Assembly (NCBI GenBank): GCA_040954595.2
Contig: CM082583.2
Coordinates: 13,552,391 to 13,616,390 of the forward strand
Length of the DNA stretch: 64,000 nt
Direction: 5' to 3'
Source: Balanoglossus misakiensis
Lineage: Eukaryota; Animalia; Hemichordata
Numbering within the stretch: the stretch's first letter is position 1; each line of letters begins with the position of its first letter. Below, piece after piece: positions 1 to 12,700 of the stretch. A program made the position numbers and the translations under genes. The notes beneath the pieces are model-generated. The model was not told the origin of the DNA and ran no database searches. It saw only the letters and a list, made by a program, of their open reading frames with translations.

Positions 1-63
1 CGAGCTTACTTAGGCTTGTGAACTTGAATCAAGTCAACTTCAGCTAAATCGTTACCAGCTTAC

Positions 64-70
64 CTGACAT
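64..70 (-). CDS. Possible first coding exon (ATG TCA G|gtaagc) of a gene running off the left edge, head-to-head with endophilin
   Basis: Minus strand reads ...ttttccATGTCAG|gtaagc, a start codon followed by a consensus donor. Only 7 coding nt are visible. Confidence 0.3.
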
Positions 71-723
71 GGAAAACGCTTTTCAGTGAATGTGATACTT
101 ATCAACGATAGCAGTTTGCATTTAGAAGTCTCCTTAAAAACGGGTTCGTTATATTTGCATAGTATGGCACTGCGCCTATGGTGCATAGCCTAGGCTATGT
201 TGCTTAGCCTTTGGCCAATGTGAAACCAAACTGACATTTACTGAATCATTGAAGCCTCAAGGTCATCGCACATATACGAAAAAAAAATCGAAAGAAAATC
301 AGTACATACCATCTGAAACCGATGACGTTATTTTCTTCTTTGCATCTATCCTTTGCCCTATCACTAATTCCCCCAACATGATAAAAGATTTGAGCAGAAA
401 AAAAGGAATTTCTTCAGGAAAAGACAGACCTACACAGAAACAATAAACTACCAATGGTATGTATTCGAAGTTGGCGGGAAAGGTTAGTAACATAACTTGT
501 GATTGGACGAATTTAATCATGTGAAGTATGGTCATGACCTTACACCTACGTTTACAAAACTCTCGCAATTGACGAGAACTGAAATCACGTATGCGTAGTT
601 CAAATGTTACGTCACATTTTTGCGCATATGAAAGACTGATTCATATTCGCCTGACAGTGTGACTGTTTTAACTTTATTTGTGAACGTAATATTTCAGTAT
701 AAGTAGCTGCAGAGATCGTCAAG

Positions 724-3700
724 ATGTCGTTTGCGGGGTTAAAGAAACAGATAAACAAAGCAAACCAGGTACGTATACAACAGCAGTGCACTGCGTCTCC
801 AGTCTATGGCACAGTTTCGCCGAGTATAGTAGTAATAGTATTGGACAAGGTGACCGGACGAATCGTCCTGACTCCACCTGCAGTGCAGTTTTAACGCCCA
901 CTGCATTGAATTTATTGGTTACGTTAGATTTCGTGGGATCAGAATCCTAAACTGTAACCAATTACGTTTGGTAGGGGGAGCAAAATGGCTATACATGTAT
1001 ATATATAATGTAAAACACCATGGTTTAACGCCTCACATTGATTGAAAACATAGTTGAACTGTGTTCATACAATTACATTGAGAAGAGTAACACAGCTCAT
1101 TCACACGTCGTTTGTCTCAGCATGTGAGGACCACCAGTATCTCATTAACTATTATAACATAAATGCCCGGCATAAATACTACATGTAATCTAATTATCAA
1201 ACTTTGTCTCCCAACCCAATCAAATAAAGTCTTCCAATAAAATATGAAGAAGAAGAAGTAAAGTGTCCTCAAAGTGACAATAAAAAACCTTGAAAATGTT
1301 CTTTCAGATAGAGAGGAAGTTGGGTATGACGTGAAACCATATAACCGTATCACATTGGCACACACATACATATATAGGGGAAAACATTTCTCCACATATC
1401 CTGCGTAGGTGTAAATACAGTTCCGTGAAGCCATACCAAATCATAATTTTAACGTAGATACTGTAGAAATGATACTCCAAAACAATCACTATCAAAAGTT
1501 TTTCCCCCCAACAATCATTTATAGAACAAAGCAGAATAACATAAACAGCTCGCCAAAGAAATATAAATAACCAAAATAATGTCAGAAGTTAACGATTTTA
1601 ATAAAAACAATCAGGTGGCATTTCATTTAGGTTTGCTAATTTTTGTGTGGAATATTAATCTGCTTATACCAATTTGAAACTGAACTTTGAAAAGTTTAGA
1701 TCACAAGAAAGGAAAGATTGCTAGTCACAGCATTTTAGAGTTAGGTGAGTTGGACTATATTTCAGGCAAAATTCACACAGCTTTTTACTGTCCTTGTAAA
1801 GCAGGACAAGTTCTGGATTGATAAACGTTAGAGGATGTTGAAGCATCCTGTTGATAATGGTCAGCAGTGTTAGTTTCTTTTTGCTGTTGCATATTTAATA
1901 GATGCACCATGTTAAGGTCGTTTATGTTGTAACTGAATGCCTATTTAATTTTAGACGGTACCAGAAGACGTCTAAAATTAAATTGCCATATCTTCCGACC
2001 AGAAATATTTGACAGGTCACTCTACATGATTTTGGAATGTCAATTTCTGTACATTTCAGTAATAATTCTGCAAGTTATTATAATAATGAGTTATATGAAA
2101 TGGAATCTATTGAAGGCTTCAGCATACCAGTATTCTGGCATGTTTTTGAATTCTAAACATTAATATGTTACCCATGTTTCAACAATTATTAGCTTTGTTC
2201 TAAATAAAATAAGCAAGTCTTGTGGTGAATGTTTAAGCTGACTGTGGGGGAGCACAAAGTTTACCAGTTGCGCAGTTTACTGGTAGAAGTATACCATTGG
2301 TCCCAATTACATGCATTTCGATCAACACCTGAATTGGATGAGGTTCCACTCTGATTGTTGATACCTATAATGTGTTTGCCACCTAATAGTTATGGCACTT
2401 ACAAATATTTACATAATGATATGTATCCATACAATAATACCGTGTTCTTGTGTTAAATTGTATGTTATATGTCAGGCCAAGTGAAATTTGATACGAGTTT
2501 GTAACATATGTTTTATGTGTTTACTTTTGTAAGTGCAACATGATTGGTGTCTACTCAGTATTTTCCAAAAATGCCAATGAACATAAACCATTAATTTCAT
2601 GGAAATGCCTTTCCAGACACCAAGTCAACAGGTGTTAGTCTGGACAACAAGTGCACTGTGTGCTATTTGGGGGGGAAGGGGGGGGGGGAAGGTATAATTG
2701 TCAACTTAAAAGAAAGAAACTTAGTTTTGTAGGTTTACGGAGGGAAACTTACAAAGAGGAAACTGTGTGACAGTACGTATTTGGCAGTTCTTTGAATTGC
2801 TTGGAATAGAAACCAATGCTGTAAAATAAATACAGGAAGTTGTTTTTAGAGTTTTGGGGACTAATGGATATCTGCTGACATTCTAAATTTTTTAAACAAT
2901 TACATGATAACGAAAGCAATAAATTTCTATGAAGAGGTTAGTATTGTGACCAACAGGGATTGGTTTTAAAATGATACTAATTGACATTGACAATTTAATG
3001 TATCGACTTTTGTTGTAGTATATGAGTGAGAAGATTGGTGGCGCTGAGCATACCAAACTAGATGAAGATTTTGTTGAAATGGAAAGGGTAAGTTTTTCAC
3101 AAAATCATACGTTCCTTTTAATACTCTACACCTGTAGACAAACTGATTTTATCAATTATATATGCATGAGAAGCACTCGATATTATTCCAGATCAAAAAT
3201 AACTTTTCAATTAAATCTGTATGCAAATTGATCTGTCTGCATGTCACCATATATGACCTATTTAAGTTGCTTTCTATCTTGAAATGTTGGTCTGTCATTT
3301 TAATTGTTATACTGTGATAAAATTAAATATGACAGCTGAAATGGGCTCAGTATTCTCATATCATCTAATGCTGTAGACTTCTTAGCAGATATATGTAGAG
3401 GGAAAGGCTGAAATGCTGATGCACATCTCATCATTGAATTGAAATATGTTATTTGCCCATATGGAATACACATGTAGCTTGATTAAAATAATAAGTACTT
3501 GTTAATTAATTCATAATTTTCATTATCTGTTTCTGATCTTTACTTTATTCAACTGAAACAAAGGTGATTATGTTGGTAAATCATACATGTTACATGAACA
3601 TGTATGTTTTGTTATGTTAATTACATTATGCTGTTGTAATATGCTTTTCTCATTCATATATGAATGTATACAGCACATTTCTGATGGTTCAAAAGACAAT

Positions 3701-6700
3701 ATGACTGCATTGGTATGCCAAGGGGATCCTGTTAACATTAACCTGGGCACCATCCTTAACAAAAAATAGCATTGGTGGGTCATTGTATATGTGTGTTGTG
3801 GGCAAAGAATTGCACAACAAACTGCCTGAGTCTGAGAGGGCACACCCTGATTTTTCGATTGTGTGTAGGACTAGGTCTGGCCATATTGAATTTACACTGG
3901 TTTCAATACATCCACATTAGGTTCAGGTCAACTGTAGAATTTAGGAAGATCAATTAAATACTATTTTTAGGAGTGTACGTCCAACCAATACAACAGGAAT
4001 TCTATACTACTTCAATAATCTTGCAGCAAAGCAAGAATATTATGGCTTATTTGTAGATGACCTCTGTGTCACCTTAAAAGTGTCAGATGACCGCAAAATA
4101 TCATGCGGTGCAACCAGGTGGACTATTCAAAGATAGATTAATTTTATTCTATCATTTATCTTTGTTAATTTATTCCGATTAACAGCTAGCATGATTAGGG
4201 TTTTGCTTATTTTATCTCCTGATTTCAGAAAACTGATGTCACCAAAACTGCAGTTGAGGATCTTATGGTGAAGACAACAGAATTTTTACAACCCAATCCG
4301 GGTGAGTTTCAGATATTTTTTGAAAAGTACAGTAAACACCTTTGGAACCTGTGCCCATGATTGATAGATAGGTATTAAGATTAATGGGCTGATAAGTACA
4401 TGTATGTTGTATAACTGAGTGCTTGAATATTGCATTTGTAGAAATGGGACATTGCAACATCATATCTTGCAGGTTCAAAACTCTCCAGTAACACTTAATG
4501 GTTATAGTGCAGCTACATAGGGTACAAAGTCACAAAACTGTGTTCACCCATGCAACATACTATCAGTTTATTGGAGTTATACTACTCTTTTTGCAGATTT
4601 TTCTGGCCTAACCTTGTTTACAGAACATTCTAAATTGCCAGTTCACATAGTTCAAGCAACTTTTTGTTCATTTTTTGTGTCTAGCATCAAGGGCAAAGTT
4701 AGCAGCTCAACAGACATATTCCAAGATGAGAGGCCAAGCTAAAAACACCAGATATCCACAACCAGAATCTATACTAGGTGACTGTATGCTCAAGTATGGA
4801 AAAGAACTTGGAGATGACTCTGATTTTGGTGAGTTTCTTGTGTCCTGTTATTTGCTCTGTAAAGAATAATTACAGAAATAACAGCCTTTAACTTTTAAAT
4901 GCTGACTTGTATCCTTTGATGGGTCAGATAAAGATATCAGCAATGTTACAAATTCTGATGAGTTATTCAATGTTGTATTGCATTGCAAAAGGTGCTGCTC
5001 TTCTGGATAGTGGAGAAACCATGAAACAATTAGCTGAGGTGAAGGATTCTTTGGATTATAGTGTCAAGCAGAATTTCTTGGATCCATTGGAACATCTCAA
5101 GTCAAAAGAAATTAAGGAAATTTTAGTGAGTATCTGTGTCTGTATTGTGCAACTTGTTTTGTGTATAAATGTAAGTGTACCTTGCAGTGGAGCATGACTG
5201 CCTTAAGATGTTTTTATCAGCTCATTAAGTAAGGAGTGAAAACTGCATACATTCAAATATGTAATATTAGACAATGATCATGTGTTTGTACTATTAGCAT
5301 TGTTACAGAGATGTTTTTAACTTTATGCAGTTTGAAGAGAGAGAGAGAATTGGTCTCTGTCTTGTCTTAACATCTCAGAATATCTGTTAGGATAGCAGAG
5401 TTTGGATTGCAGAGTGACCTCAGCTCACTACGACCCAGGACAATCTAACTGATCTCAGGATCACATAATTTGCTGTGAGAGCCCAGGTCAATGGGAGGTC
5501 AAATAACAGGATTGGCCATAATAGAATCTCATACAATTAAATATCGTCTATTTTTACCAACAGCATCACAGAAAAAAGGTAGAGTCCAGACGATTAGATT
5601 ATGACTGTAAGAAGAGGAAACAAACCAAGGGTATGTACATGTACTATTTATTTCAAATTCATTCTAAAATCGTTGTTAAAAGTTTCATCACATTTGATCA
5701 CATTTACATCTGCACATTTTAAGCGTTGAAATCCATATCTATTGTTTTCATGACATAATATTATTTGTATCAAACAGTAACAATGAACCAGTTATCAGAA
5801 AAGGTGTTTGATTTTGGCATTTTAAGTAATTGTTTGCAGTGCATTAAGAATCAAAAATAAATTTATTTTCTTTGCCATTGACCATTCCTTGTGAATGAAT
5901 ACTGACAAGCTATATGTGACCAGAGAGTGTACAAAAGACTGGATCAAAAAACACAGTGTTTATTTCAATGAAACAAGTCCACATGTAAACTGCAGGCATA
6001 AAGTAGACACTTGCCCATATATTAAATTGTGCATACACAGCTTGTAACATGACCAGGTAACATTTCCAAGGAATAGGTCATTGAAATCAAACTTACTATT
6101 GAGTGTGGCTCTGATATAAATCCATGCTAATTTAGTATTCAGTAAATTAATTATAACTTAGTCAATCATGCAAATCTGTTTGCTGTTGTTGACCCATGAT
6201 AATCAAACTTAATTAATCACTTGATTAATCATTTGATTCCTTTTCTTTTTTCCCCCATGATACAAACTTGCTTCAAATGATCATTGTCATTTTAACAGGA
6301 CCTAGTGGTGCCGGTAAATACAAACAGAATTTCTGCCCCAATTCTAATATCAGTTATCACTCCATTTTATGTGAAGTTGAATGCAGTACATGTAGTTGAA
6401 TGCATGGGGGTGTAATAATTCATCATTATTTGGCATAGTGCTTATAGAAATCTTATAGTGGTGGACATGTCTATTACACTTGGCATGTTTTTGGGGATAT
6501 AGGATATAGAATCGTTCCAAAGTGGTGTTTTCTTTTTGTCAAATGTTTTCAATATCATTGTATACATTACTGCAAACTTCACAAAATACTGATGGTGCTC
6601 ATGAGTAAAATGCAAATGACTAGCTTTTTGGTATCAATGACAAAAACAAAATCAAATGCAGTACCAACTGATTGGTTTAAATCAAGTTTTGATTTTAAAC

Positions 6701-9700
6701 TATTTTTGTTGCTTTTTTGTGCAGTTTTCATGTCATTGAAAATAAATAGTGACAATTGGATCAAACTCAACATTAAAACATTGATTAACAAAACTTGCCA
6801 AAAAAGAGAATACCACTCGAGTGTCAAGTGAAAACAATTTAAAAGTTGTGCCCCATCCTTAAAAATGATCTCATACCATGATTTGCCCATATTCTTTATT
6901 AGAATGATCTAACAGAAACTTGTCATCCATTTAGAATAATTAACACTGAATAGGCAAGCATGATGGTAATATATGTACCTCTCTGCTATCCTACCATACA
7001 TGATACAATATTGCCAGAATCAATCTTACATGGATTGATTTACAATTAAGTTGGCAGAAACAAGCAGTTGGTACGAATGTGAGATTTCTGCTAAGGAAAA
7101 ATGGAAAGCAAAATATTCAAACATTTCTATTGCAATGATTTGATTATTTTAATATTTATGGAATTATAACAAACTGATTGAAGGAATTGGTAAATTCACA
7201 AGATGGTACCGTCTTCAAACTAAAAACTAATGTTTCATCATGATGAAATCATAAAAATGCTTGATTCAGGACAAGTTTTATGAGTTCCCCAGCTATCCTA
7301 TTACTATGCAGAGTTTCTAAGTCTATCCAATACTGCAGCTGTTGTTTGTTTACTGTGTTTTTATCATATCTTTGTCCTTTATTGAAAAGTTCACGGGTGT
7401 TAAAGCAGGTATAGTTAAATAATGCTTGAGAATGTCTGGCATGAAATATGAATCCCTGAATGTCCTTCTGTTTGTAGTCAAAAAAGTATGTTAAAGCTGT
7501 ATAGGAAATGAAAATGTTCTAAGACATTTCTTGAGACTTACAGTAGTACAGTCAGTATGGATTTTGATGATGCCATAGTACCATGGTCATGTTCTCCATG
7601 ACCTTTATCAGAAATGAAGAATAAAGAGATGATAGCCATAGACATTAGAGGTCAAAGGTCAATGTGGGTGAACCATGTGACCTTATACAGACTGTGTGAC
7701 ATTGTATGTAACTTTATCATGGAAGAGAAGCAACAGTAATTATTTGATGCTTATCAACTAACATTAACAGATATCTTCTTTTCTTTTTTTCCATGCATTA
7801 ATGTTACCTTTGCTACTTCTACTTTGCTCTGACAGGAGGTAATTGTATACATTGTGTCAATAAAATATGTCTACAAGTGTTTTTTCTCATGTTTATAGAT
7901 GATAAACTCAAATCATGATACCATTACGAAAACTGGCAAATCCATTTTCTCTTTTCCATCAAGTTTTTCTTTCACCCAAGAAATTATTCATATTCTATTT
8001 ATTGACCTTCCCTGTGTCAGCTCGTAGATCTGAGTAGTATCAATAATGATACTTGATACAAATATTAGGTTGTTCAATTTGTTGTCCTTTTTTCTTGCAA
8101 ATTATATAGTTGGGTTATAGCAGGCTGGGTGAAGGATTATACCTTGGTAAGGGTAGAGTTTTATACAGCCGGGTTTAAAGCCAGGAAGAGGAGGTGGTTT
8201 CACTTGGGTGAAAAGTAGGTTAGAGCAGGCTGGAAGCAAGACTATTGATGGGTGTGTGGTTACGGTTGGGTTATTGCTAGATGATTAGCAAAGGAGACTT
8301 GAGTCATAATTTAGTGAATGTGTGGTTTGGTAAAAAGAGTAACCTAATAGTGAATTATTCAATCTGTTTCTTGAGAAGAATTAACACAAATATAATCTGA
8401 TTTGTAAAAAAGTGTTTACTGTGGAAATATATCATTGACAAGATATGGCTTATGAAATGAACCAGTCTGACAGTCCATTTCCTTGATAATATACATCAAG
8501 CATTATTGTTCTGCATGTTATATAAACAGTGGGCAAATAGATCTCTTGCTGTTTACAATCCATGACATAACAATTAGTAAAATAGTGACTTTCTCTGTAA
8601 TGTAAATGCACAATTGTCTGTCAAAGAAAGGTTGAAATTTGGAATGGCACTTTTTTGTTGCTTCTAGACGTGAGCTGAGTTTTTGTGACAAAAATAGTGC
8701 ATAGCTAGTTAGTCAATGTGTGGTGACGGTAGGTGATAATGGGTCTATGGTGTGTTGATCAATAGAATGCTTTTCAAGAGCCTGGTGTAAACACTTAATA
8801 TAGAGATAATTTTTCTTAGGAATATAGCCATGCATGCTATTATTGTTTTTTTTTTATTTCATTGTCATGGCACTTTACATCTAGGTGATGGATTGAAACA
8901 GTTGCCTGTTTTGTATGACATTTGTTTCTATATTCTGATGTATTCATATTAATGCCATGTGACTCCAGTCATAGTGTTTACATTACTGATATAGGATGAT
9001 GTGTGTTATAGTGCTTGGCTTGAAAAATACTATGCTTGAAGTATTAGCTATGCAAGGCTGTTTTTACTTGTAATGAGCATAGGAATACAGTTTGCTGAAT
9101 GGTCTATGTGTTGTCAAGATCCTTGAATAGTGACTTTACAACAAGCAATTACATCATAAAGTCAAAAGAGCATTGTAATACCCAGTAGCTTTTGCTTTAT
9201 TGGCTCAAAGGTATACAGTCACCTATGCAGATTTAGCCATGTAGTTACTAAGCAGAACCAATCATAGATTTTAACATGGGTGGCCATGTGAAAAGTGCAC
9301 CACCACATGGTCATCAGATTTAGATATGCCCTTTTATCCATACATGGGCATATGTTAATTAGAGGTGATTGTATTCCTTTAAGTTCAAGTTACTGATTGT
9401 GTGATATTCTGATGCAGAGGGTAGCATCAAATGTTTCACCACCATATTCGCTTTGTCTGCTAGACAGAACCTGTGTTACTGACCTAACAATCAAATCTTT
9501 TTTTCTCTTTCTTTCCATGTGTTTACCTTCACTACTTTCTCCACTAAAAAGCAGGAGGTAAATTGAAAGTCTAATTTCTCAAAATCTACAAGTGTCAAAT
9601 CCTAATACTTCAGTTCCTGTTATTCACATCAAAGATGTTTTCACTGGTTGTGCCCCATATTGAGTTTAATAGACTGCAGGTCAAAGGTCACTTTGGGGAG

Positions 9701-12700
9701 AATACCAAAACAGTGGTGCTAGTTGACCTCAAGAAGAGGTCAGCTGAATATATTGCCCATTTGAACTCTGTATTGATAATTTGACACTGGTAGATTTGTT
9801 TATCTGCAAATGCATACATGTGTCTCTGCCATTAACTACTAACACTATGTGTCATGTAAACCAGGTCTGTTCATGTTTAATACTGACATCTTTTGATGGT
9901 ACCTGTCTGTGTTATTTATGAAGTTATGTGTATATGACTCCCAAAATATTCCACCATGTATCATAAAAATATTCTACCATATATCATAAATAAAATTATT
10001 AAATCAGGGATGGTGTTTGGAACATTATCAATTGTATTCCTTTTCTGGTGTAAGCGAAATACCCAAATAAGTAATGACTCTAGCAGACCAATCCATTATT
10101 CCTTGCTTCATACCTTCATATGAACATGGATATATGACAGAATATTTTGATACTTTCATTTTAAATGGTAAAATAATCATTGTAATGTTGGAGTGCCTAG
10201 ATTCCCCTTTATTGTGAAATATTATTGTAGATTGAAACTTTCCTTGTGTGAATGTTCCCATGTAAGTGTATTTTAAAACCTACATTGCTGAAACATAGAA
10301 TTATTTAGATTTGATGGCTGAGGCTCTTCTAGAAGTCGTCTAACCTCTTCACCCCTTTTCCCAATGGTATGACTGCATTCACCTTGAGAAACAGAAACAA
10401 ATGCTGTTATAACAGGGATTGTAGGGGTGAGAAGGTTTAGACAGAAGTCATCCTAAAAGCCTGACACAGCATTGTCTTAGGTATGAATGAAATTGAATTG
10501 ACTTGCAAGTACAGAGCAGACTATGAGTATAGCTTACATGTATACTAACTTGAACAACTGTGCTATTCAAGAGTAGGTCAGATTCAGAACCACCAAGACA
10601 TGGCAATTAACTGAAAGGAATGTGACTTGACTGCCTTATAAGCAGCTAACAGTACAGTGGAGGATAATTCCAAATCCCTGTGGTTTAACATGGAACTCTC
10701 TATTGCCTTCTCTGAGAAACTTAATGGATAATGTGCCATTGCACTACAGCTTGTAACATTTCCCATGAAACATTCTGTATACAATCAGTGCAGTGATGCT
10801 ATCACAGTAATATCTAGAGACTTGGAACATCTGAGATTTGTCCCACAATTGATTCAGCACAGTTGTCAATGTCATTCTTGGCAGTAACAATTGCATGAAA
10901 CTTGGCACAGGTTTATAACAGAGGCTCTTTGTGCTTGCAAGTAGCTGATCGCTGATGGGGATAAACAGAATTATTTGTTTTCAAGTATTTGATGGTATGT
11001 CATAATTTGTGATTTGATTGGCTGATCTACTTGTGTTGTTTCTGATGAGAACAGTGAAAAAAACTTGTGATAAAAAAGGCAAAGTACAATTAAACAGCTT
11101 CTGGTTAACAAACTTGAGGAGAAAGTCAAGGTAAACTGTTATTCTCTGTCTGTTTCTCTCCCCCCCCCCCCTTCTCTCTCTCTCTCTAGGTTCCAATATC
11201 TCTGAGGATGAGATTCAGCAAGCAGCTGATAAATTTGATGAATCTAAAGAACTTGCAGAGAGTGGAATGCATAATCTTTTGACTAGTGATGTAAGTTGCA
11301 AGAATTCTTGTCAGTTAGAATCATAGATTTGAAGGTTTAAAGCTGCTGTTCTCAATCAATGGTTCTGTTGTGAGCATTTTTTTATCTTACATAAAAACAT
11401 ACCAGTAAGATATTCAGAAATCAAAGATCATTTATACTCTAACTGTCATACACCCATGTGTAAAACAGAACAGATTCCAACTTGCTGAATTTGTCATAGC
11501 TTAGACTTTGACTTCTTGTCGTCTCTTCCAGGTTGAGCAAGTGAGTCAGCTGTTGGCTTTAACAGATGCCCAACTCGAGTTTCACAAACAATCAGCACAA
11601 ATCTTACAAAATTTGTCAGATCAACTCCAAGATCGGTAAGTCAATGTCTCCCTCCCTCTATTGGCCCAACCCTATTGTTTTCAGTGTAGAATCATATTTG
11701 TCTACACCAATGAAGACTGATTAACAAAACTTTTTTCAATAGAAATTAGTTCAGAAATAAGGTATGTCACGGTTACTAGAAGAAGACGGTTAGGAAACTC
11801 TATTGTTCGGAAGGTGTGAACGAGGTGTTAGCTAGGAGAGTACATGTCCAAACCGCTATGTGGGGTTGTATTGGGGAACGTAGCTAATTTTTGAACCCCT
11901 TCATCTGCCCTTTTTCGTCAGAGTACAGCGCCACTTTTTTTTGTACGAGTTCCATATAGGCTTATGGAGTGCACGGTCATAGTCTGTTGGGCTTGCGACA
12001 CTCTACCATTGTTTCTTGGGTGGTTAACTTAAAATCCAGATTCAAATAGCGTCGAATTTTGAACCCCTAGAATTCAACCCTGATGGTCGCATTTCTGTTT
12101 TTTTTTAATATATTTAGATATTTTATACCTTTTTGTATTGCATGGGCTATTTCGTTTATTCCAATTGGAATATTTCGTTGAGATTGCATACCCATTTCGA
12201 TACAGTCGTTAACATTATCGATATAGCCTTTGGCGGCCATCTTGTTTGTTTTGGTTCGCATCGAATCTCTAGGGCACAGTCAAGACAAAGAATGTATGGC
12301 TTCATCATGTCCTTGAAAGTTCAAAATTGTCATAAATGTGCTGTGACTTTATAAATTATCCACTCTCTGTTCTGTTTTCCTCAAATCTGGTGGTATACGT
12401 ACTGTGCGTGCAAGCAATTCCGTAAACACGAGTATGGTTTGCTTTGGATTGTGGGGGAATGACGTCATTATTCGTATGGCCAGGCTCGTTAGCACCTGAT
12501 ATCTTTCGTTTACACTAAGTGTTTACCGAGGCGAGCATCTAACAATGGAGAAAAAATAGTTTCCTAACCGTCTTCTTCTAGTAACCGTGGGTATGTCTTT
12601 CATGTGTGTTTCAAACTTAATTGATCGAAAAACGACCAATCTGCACACATTTTCCAAGAAATTCAACTGGTCATATTCTACGCTTCAAACAATTCCTTCA

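Noticed and set aside
7390-7408. 19-nt exon reading aag|TTCACGGGTGTTAAAGCAG|gtatag
   Set aside because: It shifts the frame. Only the internal 3-nt CAG reading keeps the frame, and that is kept just as a weak candidate.
8661-8915. Acceptor-like sites ttctag|AC|gtgagc (8668-8669) and catctag|gtgatg (8885)
   Set aside because: They give 2-nt, zero-length or out-of-frame exons, which cannot be supported without RNA data.
10338-10442. Short imperfect inverted repeat gtctaacctcttcacccct ... aggggtgagaaggtttagac
   Set aside because: Probably an old small MITE. No clear TSD and too degenerate to classify.
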